From: Acidimicrobiales bacterium
GTDB taxonomy: Bacteria; Actinomycetota; Acidimicrobiia; Acidimicrobiales; SHLQ01
Assembly (NCBI GenBank): GCA_020629375.1
Contig: JAHDDK010000005.1
Span: forward strand, 23,910-87,909
Length of the DNA: 64,000 bases
Reading direction: 5' to 3'
Below, in pieces: positions 9,751 to 18,754 of this stretch. The stretch's first letter is position 1. Each line of letters opens with the position of its first letter. A program made the position numbers and the translations under genes. The notes beneath the pieces were generated by a model, which saw only the letters and a list, made by a program, of their open reading frames with translations, made no database searches and was not told the DNA's origin.

Positions 9751-11169
9751 ATGCCCTCCCCCCTCCTCCAACCGTCCACGCTGCCTCGCCGAGCCCGATT
9801 GTGGTGGGTCGCAGCACTGATGGTGCTCACCCTCGGCGCGGCTTGTGGTTCGAACGGCGACGACTCCACAGACGACGCGACAATGACCGACGAGGCCGCC
9901 GACACGACCGGTGACGCCACTGGGGACACGGCAGATGCCAGTGACCAACCCGTGATCGACGTCGACGGTCCGGCCAACCCCGAGAACGCCCGCCTGCTCA
10001 TCGGCGATCTCATTGGCGTCGAAGCCGAAGCCGACGCCGTCGCCTGTCTGGTCGAACGAGCAGATGGCGACTCGACGTTGACCGCCGCAATCAATGGAGT
10101 TGGGACCGCCGGCTTCTCGTTCACGCCAGAGTTCTTCACCGCCCTGGCGACGGGTGTCCATGCCTGCAACGACAACCGCCTCCTGGGCGGCTCCCTGCTG
10201 ACCATCTCGGGCGCGGACGACGACGCGGGCCGAGACGCATTCATCGACTGCGCCGAAGCCGAACTCGACGACACCGTCGATGGAGACCTCACCTACACGG
10301 GTCTGGCCGCCGTCCGGGTCGGCTTCCCCGTCCCCGAAGGCGCCCAAGAAGCGACCATCTCGTCACTCACGACCTGCGTACCCGCACCAGACCTCGCCAA
10401 TCGCCTCGCAAACACGGCCGAACAGAGCTCCGGCTTCGCCATCGAGGTCGACCGGGCGTGTGTCGCCGAGAGCATCGACGACTCGTTCACTTCGGAATTC
10501 TGGAGCGCAGTGGTTCTCGCAGACGGGACAACACCCGACATCGGACCGATCGTCGATGACTGCTCCGACGCATTCAGTTCGGGCCTGCCGACGGAGATTC
10601 CTGCGGACTTCACGCCCTTCGACGGGTCGGGTGCGCTCGCCGCGATCGACCCGACGGCACGCAATGGTGTCTACGCATCCGCGCCTCCGTCGGTTCTCGA
10701 CGAGACGGCCTCGTACCAGGCGATCTTGACCACCGCCGACGGGCAGATGGTCATCGACCTGTTCACCGACACCGCTCCCGACACGGTGAACAACTTCGTG
10801 GCGCTGGCCCAAGATGGCTTCTACGACGGAACGGTCTTCCACCGGGTCTTGGACGGCTTCATGGCTCAGGGCGGCGACCCGTCCGGCTTGGGCACGGGCG
10901 GTCCGGGGTACAGCTTCGAAGACGAGGACTCCGGCTTCACGCCCGTCGATCGCCGCGGCCTGCTCGCGATGGCCAACAGCGGACCCGACACGAACGGCAG
11001 CCAGTTCTTCATCACATTCGCTCCCGCCGAACACCTCACCGGGGCCCACGTCGTGTTTGGCGAAGTGGTCGACGGCGATGACGTGCTCGCCGCAATCGAC
11101 CTTCGAGACCCCAACGCACCGACCAGCCGCGGCGAGGTTCTCCAGTCCGTCGAGATCGTGCGCAACTGA
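9751..11169 (+). CDS. Lipoprotein with C-terminal cyclophilin-type peptidyl-prolyl isomerase
   Basis: Lipobox LGAAC; APDTVNNFVALAQDGFYDGTVFHRVLDGFMAQGGDP, LAMANSGPDTNGSQFFIT, HVVFGEV. Confidence 0.9.
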   Translation: MPSPLLQPSTLPRRARLWWVAALMVLTLGAACGSNGDDSTDDATMTDEAADTTGDATGDTADASDQPVIDVDGPANPENARLLIGDLIGVEAEADAVACLVERADGDSTLTAAINGVGTAGFSFTPEFFTALATGVHACNDNRLLGGSLLTISGADDDAGRDAFIDCAEAELDDTVDGDLTYTGLAAVRVGFPVPEGAQEATISSLTTCVPAPDLANRLANTAEQSSGFAIEVDRACVAESIDDSFTSEFWSAVVLADGTTPDIGPIVDDCSDAFSSGLPTEIPADFTPFDGSGALAAIDPTARNGVYASAPPSVLDETASYQAILTTADGQMVIDLFTDTAPDTVNNFVALAQDGFYDGTVFHRVLDGFMAQGGDPSGLGTGGPGYSFEDEDSGFTPVDRRGLLAMANSGPDTNGSQFFITFAPAEHLTGAHVVFGEVVDGDDVLAAIDLRDPNAPTSRGEVLQSVEIVRN

Positions 11170-12542
11170 TGGCCGCATCGGACACCTTGGGCAACGAGAG
11201 CCCGCTGACCAGGGAGTCCGTCGAGCTTCTGCAGACACTCATCCGCAACGAGTGCGTCAACGACGGGACTGACGAGACCGGCCACGAAACCCGGAACGCC
11301 GACGTGCTGCGCCAGGTTCTCGAAGGCGCCGGTCTCGATGTCCAGACCTGGGAGCCGGTTCCCGATCGAGCGTCGATTGTCGCTCGCATCGAAGGCTCCG
11401 ACCCCGATGCACCAAGCATCTGTTTGATGGGCCACACCGACGTCGTTCCGGTGAACCCCGACGGCTGGAGCAACGATCCGTTCGGCGGCGAGCTGATCGA
11501 TGGCGAGATCTGGGGTCGTGGCGCTGTCGACATGTTGAACCTCACCTCGTCCATGGCGGTCGCCGTGCGGCACCTCGCCGACACGAACTTCCGGCCGAAG
11601 GGCGACGTCATCTTCTTCGGCGTGGCCGATGAGGAGGCGGGGTCCACGGTCGGAGCACGCTGGTTCGCCGACAACGAGCCCGACGCGATCCGCAGCGACT
11701 ACGTCCTGACCGAGTCGGGCGGACTGCACTTCGGTGACTCCGAAGCGCCAAACATCGTCATGAACGTTGGCGAGAAGGGCATCGAGTGGCGACGCATCAC
11801 GGTTCGGGGGACACCGGGGCACGGGTCGCGCCCGTTCCGTTCGGACAACGCGCTCGTCCGGGCTGCCGCTGTCGTGCAGCGGCTCGCCGACTATCGACCG
11901 ACGCCTCGCTTCCACGAGCTTTGGCGGCCGCAAGTCGAGTCGCTGGGCCTCGACGAAGAGACAACCCGGCAGCTCCTCGATCCCGACGCGATCAACGACT
12001 TTCTCGATGAGTTCCCGATCGCCTCGGCAGCAGGCCATCTGTGGAGTTGCACCCACGCGACGTTCTCGCCCAACGTCGTCGACGTTCCGCACGTCCAGAA
12101 GACGAACATCATTCCCGACGAAGTCGTTCTGGAGATCGACATTCGGACGCTGCCCGGCGAGGGCCCCGAAAACGTCGACGCGCATCTTCGAGCGGCGCTC
12201 GGCGACGAGCTGTTCGGCGTGGTCGAACACGAGACCGTGATCTCGGAGACGTCCACCATGTCGCCTGTCGACACCCCCTTGTGGGAGTCGATGCAGCGAG
12301 CGACAGCCAAACGCTTTCCGACGTCGTCGCTCGCTCCGCACCTGATCGTCGGATTCACGGACTCGCGGATCACCCGAGAAATGGGGGCGGTCTCGTACGG
12401 GGCCGGGCTATTCAGCCCGTCGCTCGATCCGTTCAGCTACAGCGACCGATTCCATGGTCACGACGAACGGATCGATGTCGAGTCGATGGCGCTCAGCACC
12501 CAGTTCTTCATCGACGTCGTCAAGGACCTGCAAGAACGGTGA
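11169..12542 (+). CDS. M20/M25/M40 family metallo-hydrolase
   Basis: GHTDVVP, WGRGAVDM, ADEEAG, TESGG, GTPGHGS, FHGHDERI. Confidence 0.92.
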   Translation: MAASDTLGNESPLTRESVELLQTLIRNECVNDGTDETGHETRNADVLRQVLEGAGLDVQTWEPVPDRASIVARIEGSDPDAPSICLMGHTDVVPVNPDGWSNDPFGGELIDGEIWGRGAVDMLNLTSSMAVAVRHLADTNFRPKGDVIFFGVADEEAGSTVGARWFADNEPDAIRSDYVLTESGGLHFGDSEAPNIVMNVGEKGIEWRRITVRGTPGHGSRPFRSDNALVRAAAVVQRLADYRPTPRFHELWRPQVESLGLDEETTRQLLDPDAINDFLDEFPIASAAGHLWSCTHATFSPNVVDVPHVQKTNIIPDEVVLEIDIRTLPGEGPENVDAHLRAALGDELFGVVEHETVISETSTMSPVDTPLWESMQRATAKRFPTSSLAPHLIVGFTDSRITREMGAVSYGAGLFSPSLDPFSYSDRFHGHDERIDVESMALSTQFFIDVVKDLQER

Positions 12543-13078
12543 CCGACCCGATCGAGACCCGATGGGCGGTCATCACCGGACCGCCCTCGTCGGGCAAGAC
12601 GACGCTCCTCAGTCTTCTGAGCAAGCGAGATGTGGCGACCTCTGCGGACTCGACACGACAACTCATCGCCGAAGTCGTCGCGAGTGGTCGCGACGCCGAA
12701 GAGTTCCGTTTCGCAGATGACTTCCAGCCCCGAGTCCTCGACGCGATGCTCACTGCCGAGACCGCACTCGATCCCGCCACGGTCACCGCGCTCGAATACG
12801 CCTTGCCCTGCAACATCGCCTTCCACCGGACCGAATGGCTCGATCTGACACCGGGGCTCGCCGAAGCGTCGACCCGTTTTCGCTACGCCCACGTGTTCAT
12901 CTGCGACCCGGTCGGCTGGGCAACCGACGCCGAGCGGGTCGAAGACGAGATCTATCAACAGCGCGTTCACCGAAACATGCTCGACGTGTACAACGAGCTG
13001 GGCTACGAACCGATTCGCGTGCCCGCAGTACCGCCGGAGGAGCGACTCGACATGATTCTTCGGACGCTCGACACCTGA
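12539..13078 (+). CDS. P-loop ATPase/kinase (AAA_28/NadR-like)
   Basis: GTG at 12539 overlapping upstream TGA; VITGPPSSGKTT; D..R.ED and Y.ELGY motifs. Confidence 0.75.
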   Translation: MTDPIETRWAVITGPPSSGKTTLLSLLSKRDVATSADSTRQLIAEVVASGRDAEEFRFADDFQPRVLDAMLTAETALDPATVTALEYALPCNIAFHRTEWLDLTPGLAEASTRFRYAHVFICDPVGWATDAERVEDEIYQQRVHRNMLDVYNELGYEPIRVPAVPPEERLDMILRTLDT

Positions 13079-13109
13079 CTCGAAGGCGCGCGCACAGATC
13101 GCGGCACCG

Positions 13110-14021
13110 TCACTTCCGGCTCGCGAGTAGCGCACCGCCGATCGTCAGAACCGCGCCGATCAAGGCGAGTGCGGTGACCGCATCGTGTCGGATGGACACA
13201 CCGAGGACGAGAGACACGACCGGGATCAGATAGGTGATGAACGACGCTCGGATGGAGCCGACCCGCCCGAGGAGTGTCGCCATGATCCAGTACGCCAGTC
13301 CCGTCCCGATTGCGCCGAGGGCGACGACGGCCACGACTGGGCCCAGCGCCCAATCATTGTCGCCGAGATTCCACAACCCGAACGGCGTGACCCACAGCGT
13401 CGCCAACCCGAGCACACCGCTCATCGTCGGGATCCCCCCGTATCTGGCCTGGAGAGGCGCCGCGAGATTGATCGCAAATCCGTAGCAGAGCGTCGCCGCA
13501 AGGACCATGAGGACACCGCGGAGTTCGGACGATCCACCGCCGGCCGAACCCACCGAGATCAGAACCACACCAACGAAGCCTCCGATCAACCCGAAGACCT
13601 GAATCCGAGTCGGCGCCCGACCGAACAACACCGTCGAGACCACCGCCACGAAGATCGGCGTGGCACCGTTGAGCAAGCCAGCCACAGCGGAGTTGACGTA
13701 CTGCTGCGCCAGCGGAAACAACGTGAATGGCAGCGCAACCCACAGCACGGACAAGAAGACGAGGCGGCCGCGATCACTGCGCTCGATCGTCACCGATGGT
13801 CTCGTCAATCGGATCGCCCAGAGCGCAACGGCGCCAAGCCCGACCCGTCCAAGAGTGACCATGCCGGGCGTCAACCCCTCGAGCGCAAACGCGATCAGCA
13901 AGAACGACGAACCCCAGATGAGCGACACGCCAAGGAAGAGCGCCCAGTCTTGTGCATCGAATCTCTCATCGTTCGACGCGTCGGCCGTCGACAGACCCGG
14001 TCGTGTTGCATTCCCACTCAC
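13110..14021 (-). CDS. DMT/EamA family transporter
   Basis: ~10 TM segments, LIWGSSFLLI, ASFITYLIPVVS; start set at GTG 14021 to avoid overlap with the divergent esterase (uncertain). Confidence 0.88.
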   Translation of the reverse strand: MSGNATRPGLSTADASNDERFDAQDWALFLGVSLIWGSSFLLIAFALEGLTPGMVTLGRVGLGAVALWAIRLTRPSVTIERSDRGRLVFLSVLWVALPFTLFPLAQQYVNSAVAGLLNGATPIFVAVVSTVLFGRAPTRIQVFGLIGGFVGVVLISVGSAGGGSSELRGVLMVLAATLCYGFAINLAAPLQARYGGIPTMSGVLGLATLWVTPFGLWNLGDNDWALGPVVAVVALGAIGTGLAYWIMATLLGRVGSIRASFITYLIPVVSLVLGVSIRHDAVTALALIGAVLTIGGALLASRK

Positions 14022-14057
14022 GAGGACAGCCTGCCAGCGTTCGGCCATCATGAGGCC

Positions 14058-14990
14058 ATGGCTCTTCACCCGCAGGCGCAGATGTTGATCGATCTCTCCG
14101 AACAGGCGGGACTCCCCGCGATACAGGACCTCGAACCTGGCGAGGCCCGAGCGATCTACGACCTACGGACGGCCGCCCTGGACGCGCAACCCCAAATTGC
14201 AGCCGTCGAGGACCGCACCATTCCGGGGCCGGCTGGCGAGCTCTCGATTCGGATCTACTCGCCAATCACCGACGACGTCCTGAGCCCCGGGATCCTGTTC
14301 TTCCACGGAGGTGGTTGGGTGATCGGCACCATAGACACCCACGATGTGGCGTGCCGGGCACTGTGTGCGGCGGCGTGTGCCACGGTCGTGTCCGTCGAGT
14401 ATCGGCTGGCGCCCGAGCATCGCTACCCCGCGGCCAGCGACGACTGCTTCGCCGCAACGAATTGGGTGGCAGCCAACGCCGCCGAAATCGGAATCGACCC
14501 GGCGAAACTCGCCGTGTGCGGAGATTCGGCCGGTGGGCATCTGGCGGCCGTCGTCTGCCAAGACGCCCGCGACGCCGGAGGTCCATCCATCGCTGCCCAA
14601 GCGCTCGTCTACCCCGTCGTGGATGTGGCCAACCCCGGCCGCCCCTCGATGATCGACAACGCCGAGGGCTATCTGCTCACCGCAGACGCAATGCGGTGGT
14701 TCGTCGAGCACTACGTGCCCGACCAAAATCAGCGGGCCAAGCCGCGCTGCTCGCCGCTCCTCGGAGATCTCACCGATCTGCCATCGGCGCTCGTCGTCAC
14801 CGCCGAGTACGACCCGTTGCGGGACGAAGGCCGCGAGTACGCCGAGGCTCTCGTCGCCTCGGGTGTCGTTGCCGAACACATCGACGTCGCCGGCCAGGTG
14901 CACACCTTCTTCACCCAGGTCGGCTTCCAAGACGCGGCCCTCGAAACGGTTCGCACGATCGCGAGGTTCTTCGAGCAACACTGGCGCTGA
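14058..14990 (+). CDS. Alpha/beta hydrolase (HSL-family lipase/esterase)
   Basis: HGGGW oxyanion motif, YRLAPEH, GDSAGG nucleophile, DPLRDEG, HTF. Confidence 0.93.
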   Translation: MALHPQAQMLIDLSEQAGLPAIQDLEPGEARAIYDLRTAALDAQPQIAAVEDRTIPGPAGELSIRIYSPITDDVLSPGILFFHGGGWVIGTIDTHDVACRALCAAACATVVSVEYRLAPEHRYPAASDDCFAATNWVAANAAEIGIDPAKLAVCGDSAGGHLAAVVCQDARDAGGPSIAAQALVYPVVDVANPGRPSMIDNAEGYLLTADAMRWFVEHYVPDQNQRAKPRCSPLLGDLTDLPSALVVTAEYDPLRDEGREYAEALVASGVVAEHIDVAGQVHTFFTQVGFQDAALETVRTIARFFEQHWR

Positions 14991-14992
14991 CG

Positions 14993-16261
14993 TCAGCGTC
15001 GGTCCTCGATCACCCGCTCTCGCGTACCCGAGACCGGCTCTCGGCTGGGATCGAACACCTCCGCAGTTCGGGCCCGCGAACGCTCGAGCTCGGCCAGGTC
15101 GAGGCTGCCGCGTCCGCCTGCGTCGATGGCGTCGCCAACCGGGACGATTACGAAGTCGGTTCGGTCGACGCGCGTCGGCGTGTGCGTCACCCAGGTCTCG
15201 AACCCGGAGCGGTCGGGCAGGTCCTGAAGGTGCACGTGCATGATCACGCCGTCTTGTGCTCCCGCAGCGCAGCAGTTCGCCGACTGGTTGGACAAGAAGT
15301 TCCCAAGTCCGAAGAGGACGAGGGTGTCGCCCACGCGTTCGACCGGCTGCACGACATGAGCGTGATGTCCGACGATCACGTCGATCGTGCCCGCAGCTGC
15401 CAGTGCGAGAGCCACGTCGCGTTGGTCGTCACTGGGCTCGTGCCGGTACTCGACGCCCCAGTGGAGCGACACGACGACGAACTCCGCACCGGAATCTCGC
15501 GCCCGGTCAACGTCGGCGAGGATTCGCTCGGGGTCGATCCCGACGACTGACCACGGTTGGTCGGCGGGCACTCGAAATCCGTTGAGACCGTACGTATACG
15601 ACAGCTGGCCAATCGTGATTCCTGCGGCGTCGAGCAGCAACGGCGTGCTCGCCTCCTCCGCTGTACGCCAGGTGCCGGTGTGTTCGAGGCCCGCTGCTTC
15701 GAGGACGTCGATCGTGTTGACTAGTCCCTCGAAACGTCGATCGAGGCTGTGGTTCGACGCCGTGGTGCAGGCGTCGAAACCGGCCGTCTTCAGTCCCGCG
15801 GCGAGATCTCCGGGGACGTTGAATGTCGGATGACCGCTCAGGTCGGTGTTGTCGGGCGACAACGGCGTCTCGAGATGGCAGACGGCGAGATCCGCTCCCT
15901 GGAGCCGGTCCGCGACCAGATCGAACATCGGGGCGAAGTCGTACTCGCCGGGCGTCGCACTGTTCGCTGCCGCTTGGCGCACGACACCTCGATGGGCCAG
16001 GACGTCGCCCGCGAAGGCCAGTTCGGCGGTCCGAATCGGTGGACGTATCGTCGTCGTACTGGTCGAGACCTCGGTCGGCACGATGACTTGGCGAGGTTGC
16101 GCGAGTTCGGTGGCTGCCTGAACCTCGACGACGGGAACGTCGGAATTGGGCGTGGTCTCGACCACGGGTTGGGCAGCATCATTGAGCGGACCAGTGGCGA
16201 CAAGCGCGAGCAAACCGAGAGCGACGACAGCACCCAGCGACCACGCTCCCGACCGAGTCAT
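14993..16261 (-). CDS. CapA-family metallophosphoesterase-fold protein, N-terminal signal/anchor
   Basis: AGDVL, HLETP, ASNHSLD, SLHWGVEY, IVGHHAHVVQP, GLGNF. Confidence 0.88.
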   Translation of the reverse strand: MTRSGAWSLGAVVALGLLALVATGPLNDAAQPVVETTPNSDVPVVEVQAATELAQPRQVIVPTEVSTSTTTIRPPIRTAELAFAGDVLAHRGVVRQAAANSATPGEYDFAPMFDLVADRLQGADLAVCHLETPLSPDNTDLSGHPTFNVPGDLAAGLKTAGFDACTTASNHSLDRRFEGLVNTIDVLEAAGLEHTGTWRTAEEASTPLLLDAAGITIGQLSYTYGLNGFRVPADQPWSVVGIDPERILADVDRARDSGAEFVVVSLHWGVEYRHEPSDDQRDVALALAAAGTIDVIVGHHAHVVQPVERVGDTLVLFGLGNFLSNQSANCCAAGAQDGVIMHVHLQDLPDRSGFETWVTHTPTRVDRTDFVIVPVGDAIDAGGRGSLDLAELERSRARTAEVFDPSREPVSGTRERVIEDRR

Positions 16262-16415
16262 GTCGATCGACCGCCGTCATCCACCATGTGCAGAACCTAG
16301 TCGGCTCGCCCGAGGCGGGGTCCTCAATCATCCCGCCGTCACCCAAGATCGGTTCATCACGGCGCCCCCTGCACTGTGCCCTCATCACCGCTCGGCAGCG
16401 ACCGACCAGGACCCC

Positions 16416-17195
16416 ATGGACGCAGTTGCGCAGCAGATCGGTGTGATCGGGACAGGCGAGATCGCCGAGGTCATGATCGCCGGTCTTCGTCACGCCGGAA
16501 TCGCGACGCCCATCGTCGTGTCGCCTCGATCGATCGACCGTTCAGCACGCCTGGCCGACGAGCTGCCCGATCTCGTCGTCGGCGAATCGAATCAAGACGT
16601 CGTCGATCGGTCCAGTCTCGTGATCGTGGCGGTTCTGCCGTCTCAGCTCGACGACGTGCTCGTCCAACTCGACTTCGCCGGATGCGATCTCGTCCTCAGC
16701 GTCGTCGCCGGTCGTTCGGCCGCCTCGCTGGCCTCGATGATCGATGTCGACGTCCCGGTCGCCCGGGCCATTCCGATGCCGCCCAATCGAGACGGACGAG
16801 GCCCGATCCCCCTCTTCCCCGATCTCCCGTTGGCGCGCAACCTACTCGAGCCTCTCGGCAGGGTCGTCGCCGTTGAGGACGAGTCGCACTTCGACGTCTT
16901 GACCGGCGGTTCGGCAACGATGGGCGCGTTCTTCGGACTGACGGCGACGATCGCCGGTTGGATGCGCGACCACGGCGTTCCGGCTGGAGCTGCGGCCGCC
17001 TACGTGACCGAACTCTTCGAGAGCCTCGCCTTCGAAGCGAAGGCCCTCGATCCGGATGAGCTCGCGGTTCGGCCGGAGACCTGCCTGACGCCAGGCGGCC
17101 TGAACGAGCAGGTGTTGCGCGGACTCGATGACGCCGAGGTCTTCGATCATGTGCGTGAGCAGCTCGACCGAATCCTCGTGCGGGTGCGGGCCTGA
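16416..17195 (+). CDS. Pyrroline-5-carboxylate reductase family protein
   Basis: IGVIGTGEIA Rossmann motif, RAIPMP, TPGGLNEQ. Confidence 0.8.
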   Translation: MDAVAQQIGVIGTGEIAEVMIAGLRHAGIATPIVVSPRSIDRSARLADELPDLVVGESNQDVVDRSSLVIVAVLPSQLDDVLVQLDFAGCDLVLSVVAGRSAASLASMIDVDVPVARAIPMPPNRDGRGPIPLFPDLPLARNLLEPLGRVVAVEDESHFDVLTGGSATMGAFFGLTATIAGWMRDHGVPAGAAAAYVTELFESLAFEAKALDPDELAVRPETCLTPGGLNEQVLRGLDDAEVFDHVREQLDRILVRVRA

Positions 17196-17319
17196 TTCCG
17201 CTCCGCCAGGGCGCGCGCTTCGATATTCGGCCCTTGGCCGTCACACCATTTCGGATTTGTTGCGAAAAGTCATAAAGGAATCGGAGGAACCATCCGTAAC
17301 CAGTTGACGTACCCACCAC

Positions 17320-17366
17320 CTCCTGGGTCGTCAGAACCACGGTGCATGGTTCGGGCGGCCCAGGAG
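17320..17366 (+). promoter_or_regulatory. Strong RNA hairpin in the leader of the GT2 gene
   Basis: CTCCTGGG-TCGTC-A-GAACCA-(cggtgca)-TGGTTC-G-GGCGG-CCCAGGAG: ~19-bp stem with G-U pairs that form only on the + transcript. Confidence 0.5.
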
Positions 17367-17409
17367 AAGGGGTCGTATCGGTCGTCACGCGGGAAGGTCC
17401 CCTCACGAA

Positions 17410-18732
17410 ATGCTCGTCTTCCTCCTCCAGGTGCGCGACCTGCTGGTCCATCACCGGATTCACCTGTTCCTCGTCTACATGGGACTCGTGTGGGTCATCT
17501 GGGGATGGAAGGCCGGGCTGTCTCGCCGCTATCGCCCGTTCACCGTCGAGTGCGACGCGTCGACGGCGGTCATCATCCCCGTGGTCGACGAACCCGAAGA
17601 TCTGTTCCGCGACGTCCTCGATCGGATCACCCGCCAAGGACCAGACGAAATCGTCGTGGTGATCAACGGTCCGGAGAACCCGACGCTCGAACGCATCTGT
17701 GCCGAGTACCCCGGCGTTCGATCGCTCCATACGAGCACCCCCGGCAAGCGCAACGCGCTACGGATCGGTGTCGAACAGACCTCCGCCGAGATCTGCGTAC
17801 TCGTCGATTCGGACACGATCTGGATGCCCGACACCCTCGACGAACTCGTCAAGCCCTTTGCCAACCCAAACGTCGGTGGGGTCACCACCAAGCAACGCAT
17901 CCTCGAGCCCGAACGGCACATTCTCACCCGCTGGGCGGACTGGATGGAGTCGTTGCGCAACGAGTACGCCATGCCCGCAATGTCGGTCCTCGGCACGGTC
18001 GGATGCCTGCCCGGCCGCACGATCGCCTTCAGGCGATGCGTTCTCGAAGACGGCATGGACAACTTCCTCCACGGCCGCTTTCTCGGCATTTTTCTCGAGG
18101 TGTCCGACGACCGGACGCTCACCAACGAATGCCTCAAGCAGGGCTACAAGACCGTGTTCCAATCGACGAGCCTCGTCTACACCGACGCCCCGCTCACCTG
18201 GAAGAAGATGGCCAAACAGCAGCTCCGTTGGGCACGCGGATCGCAGTACAACACGATGCGCATGTTCCCCTGGATGCTGCGGCGGGCGCGCACCCTCGCC
18301 GTGTTCTATCTCGCCGACATCGTGCTTCCCTTTCTGCTGCTGGGCGCCTACGTCGGCTGGATCATCCGCCAGTTCGTGATCACCGACGTCGACCTGTTCG
18401 AACCGTTCGTGTCGAACTACGGCCGGGTCGGAGGTGGGCTCACCGTGGCGATGCTCGCCATCGTCGCCTCGGTCGCGAGCTCGGCGCTGCGCCAATCACG
18501 GCACCTCCGACAACAACCGAGCGACCTGTGGAGAATCCCGACGTTCCTCATCATCTCGACGCTGATGCTGATGCCTATCCGGATGCTCGGATTCACCCGG
18601 ATGGCCCACAACTCGGGTTGGGGCACACGTTCGGGCGGGTTCGCCGGCGAACGGAACCGCAACCCCCACGCCGTGATCCCCTACCTGCTCGCCGGCCTGA
18701 TGGTCGTCGGCATGTCGCTCTATCAACCCTGA
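17410..18732 (+). CDS. Processive GT2 glycosyltransferase (hyaluronan synthase/NodC-like polysaccharide synthase)
   Basis: VDE, VDSD (DxD), GCLPGR, SDDRTLT, QQLRW (QxxRW); N- and C-terminal TM helices; WGTR. Confidence 0.88.
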   Translation: MLVFLLQVRDLLVHHRIHLFLVYMGLVWVIWGWKAGLSRRYRPFTVECDASTAVIIPVVDEPEDLFRDVLDRITRQGPDEIVVVINGPENPTLERICAEYPGVRSLHTSTPGKRNALRIGVEQTSAEICVLVDSDTIWMPDTLDELVKPFANPNVGGVTTKQRILEPERHILTRWADWMESLRNEYAMPAMSVLGTVGCLPGRTIAFRRCVLEDGMDNFLHGRFLGIFLEVSDDRTLTNECLKQGYKTVFQSTSLVYTDAPLTWKKMAKQQLRWARGSQYNTMRMFPWMLRRARTLAVFYLADIVLPFLLLGAYVGWIIRQFVITDVDLFEPFVSNYGRVGGGLTVAMLAIVASVASSALRQSRHLRQQPSDLWRIPTFLIISTLMLMPIRMLGFTRMAHNSGWGTRSGGFAGERNRNPHAVIPYLLAGLMVVGMSLYQP

Positions 18733-18754
18733 CCGCGTACCTGGAGCCCGAAGC

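Noticed and set aside
14993-16261. Poly-gamma-glutamate capsule operon
   Set aside because: Only a CapA-family gene is present, with no capB/capC; stand-alone CapA proteins are common.
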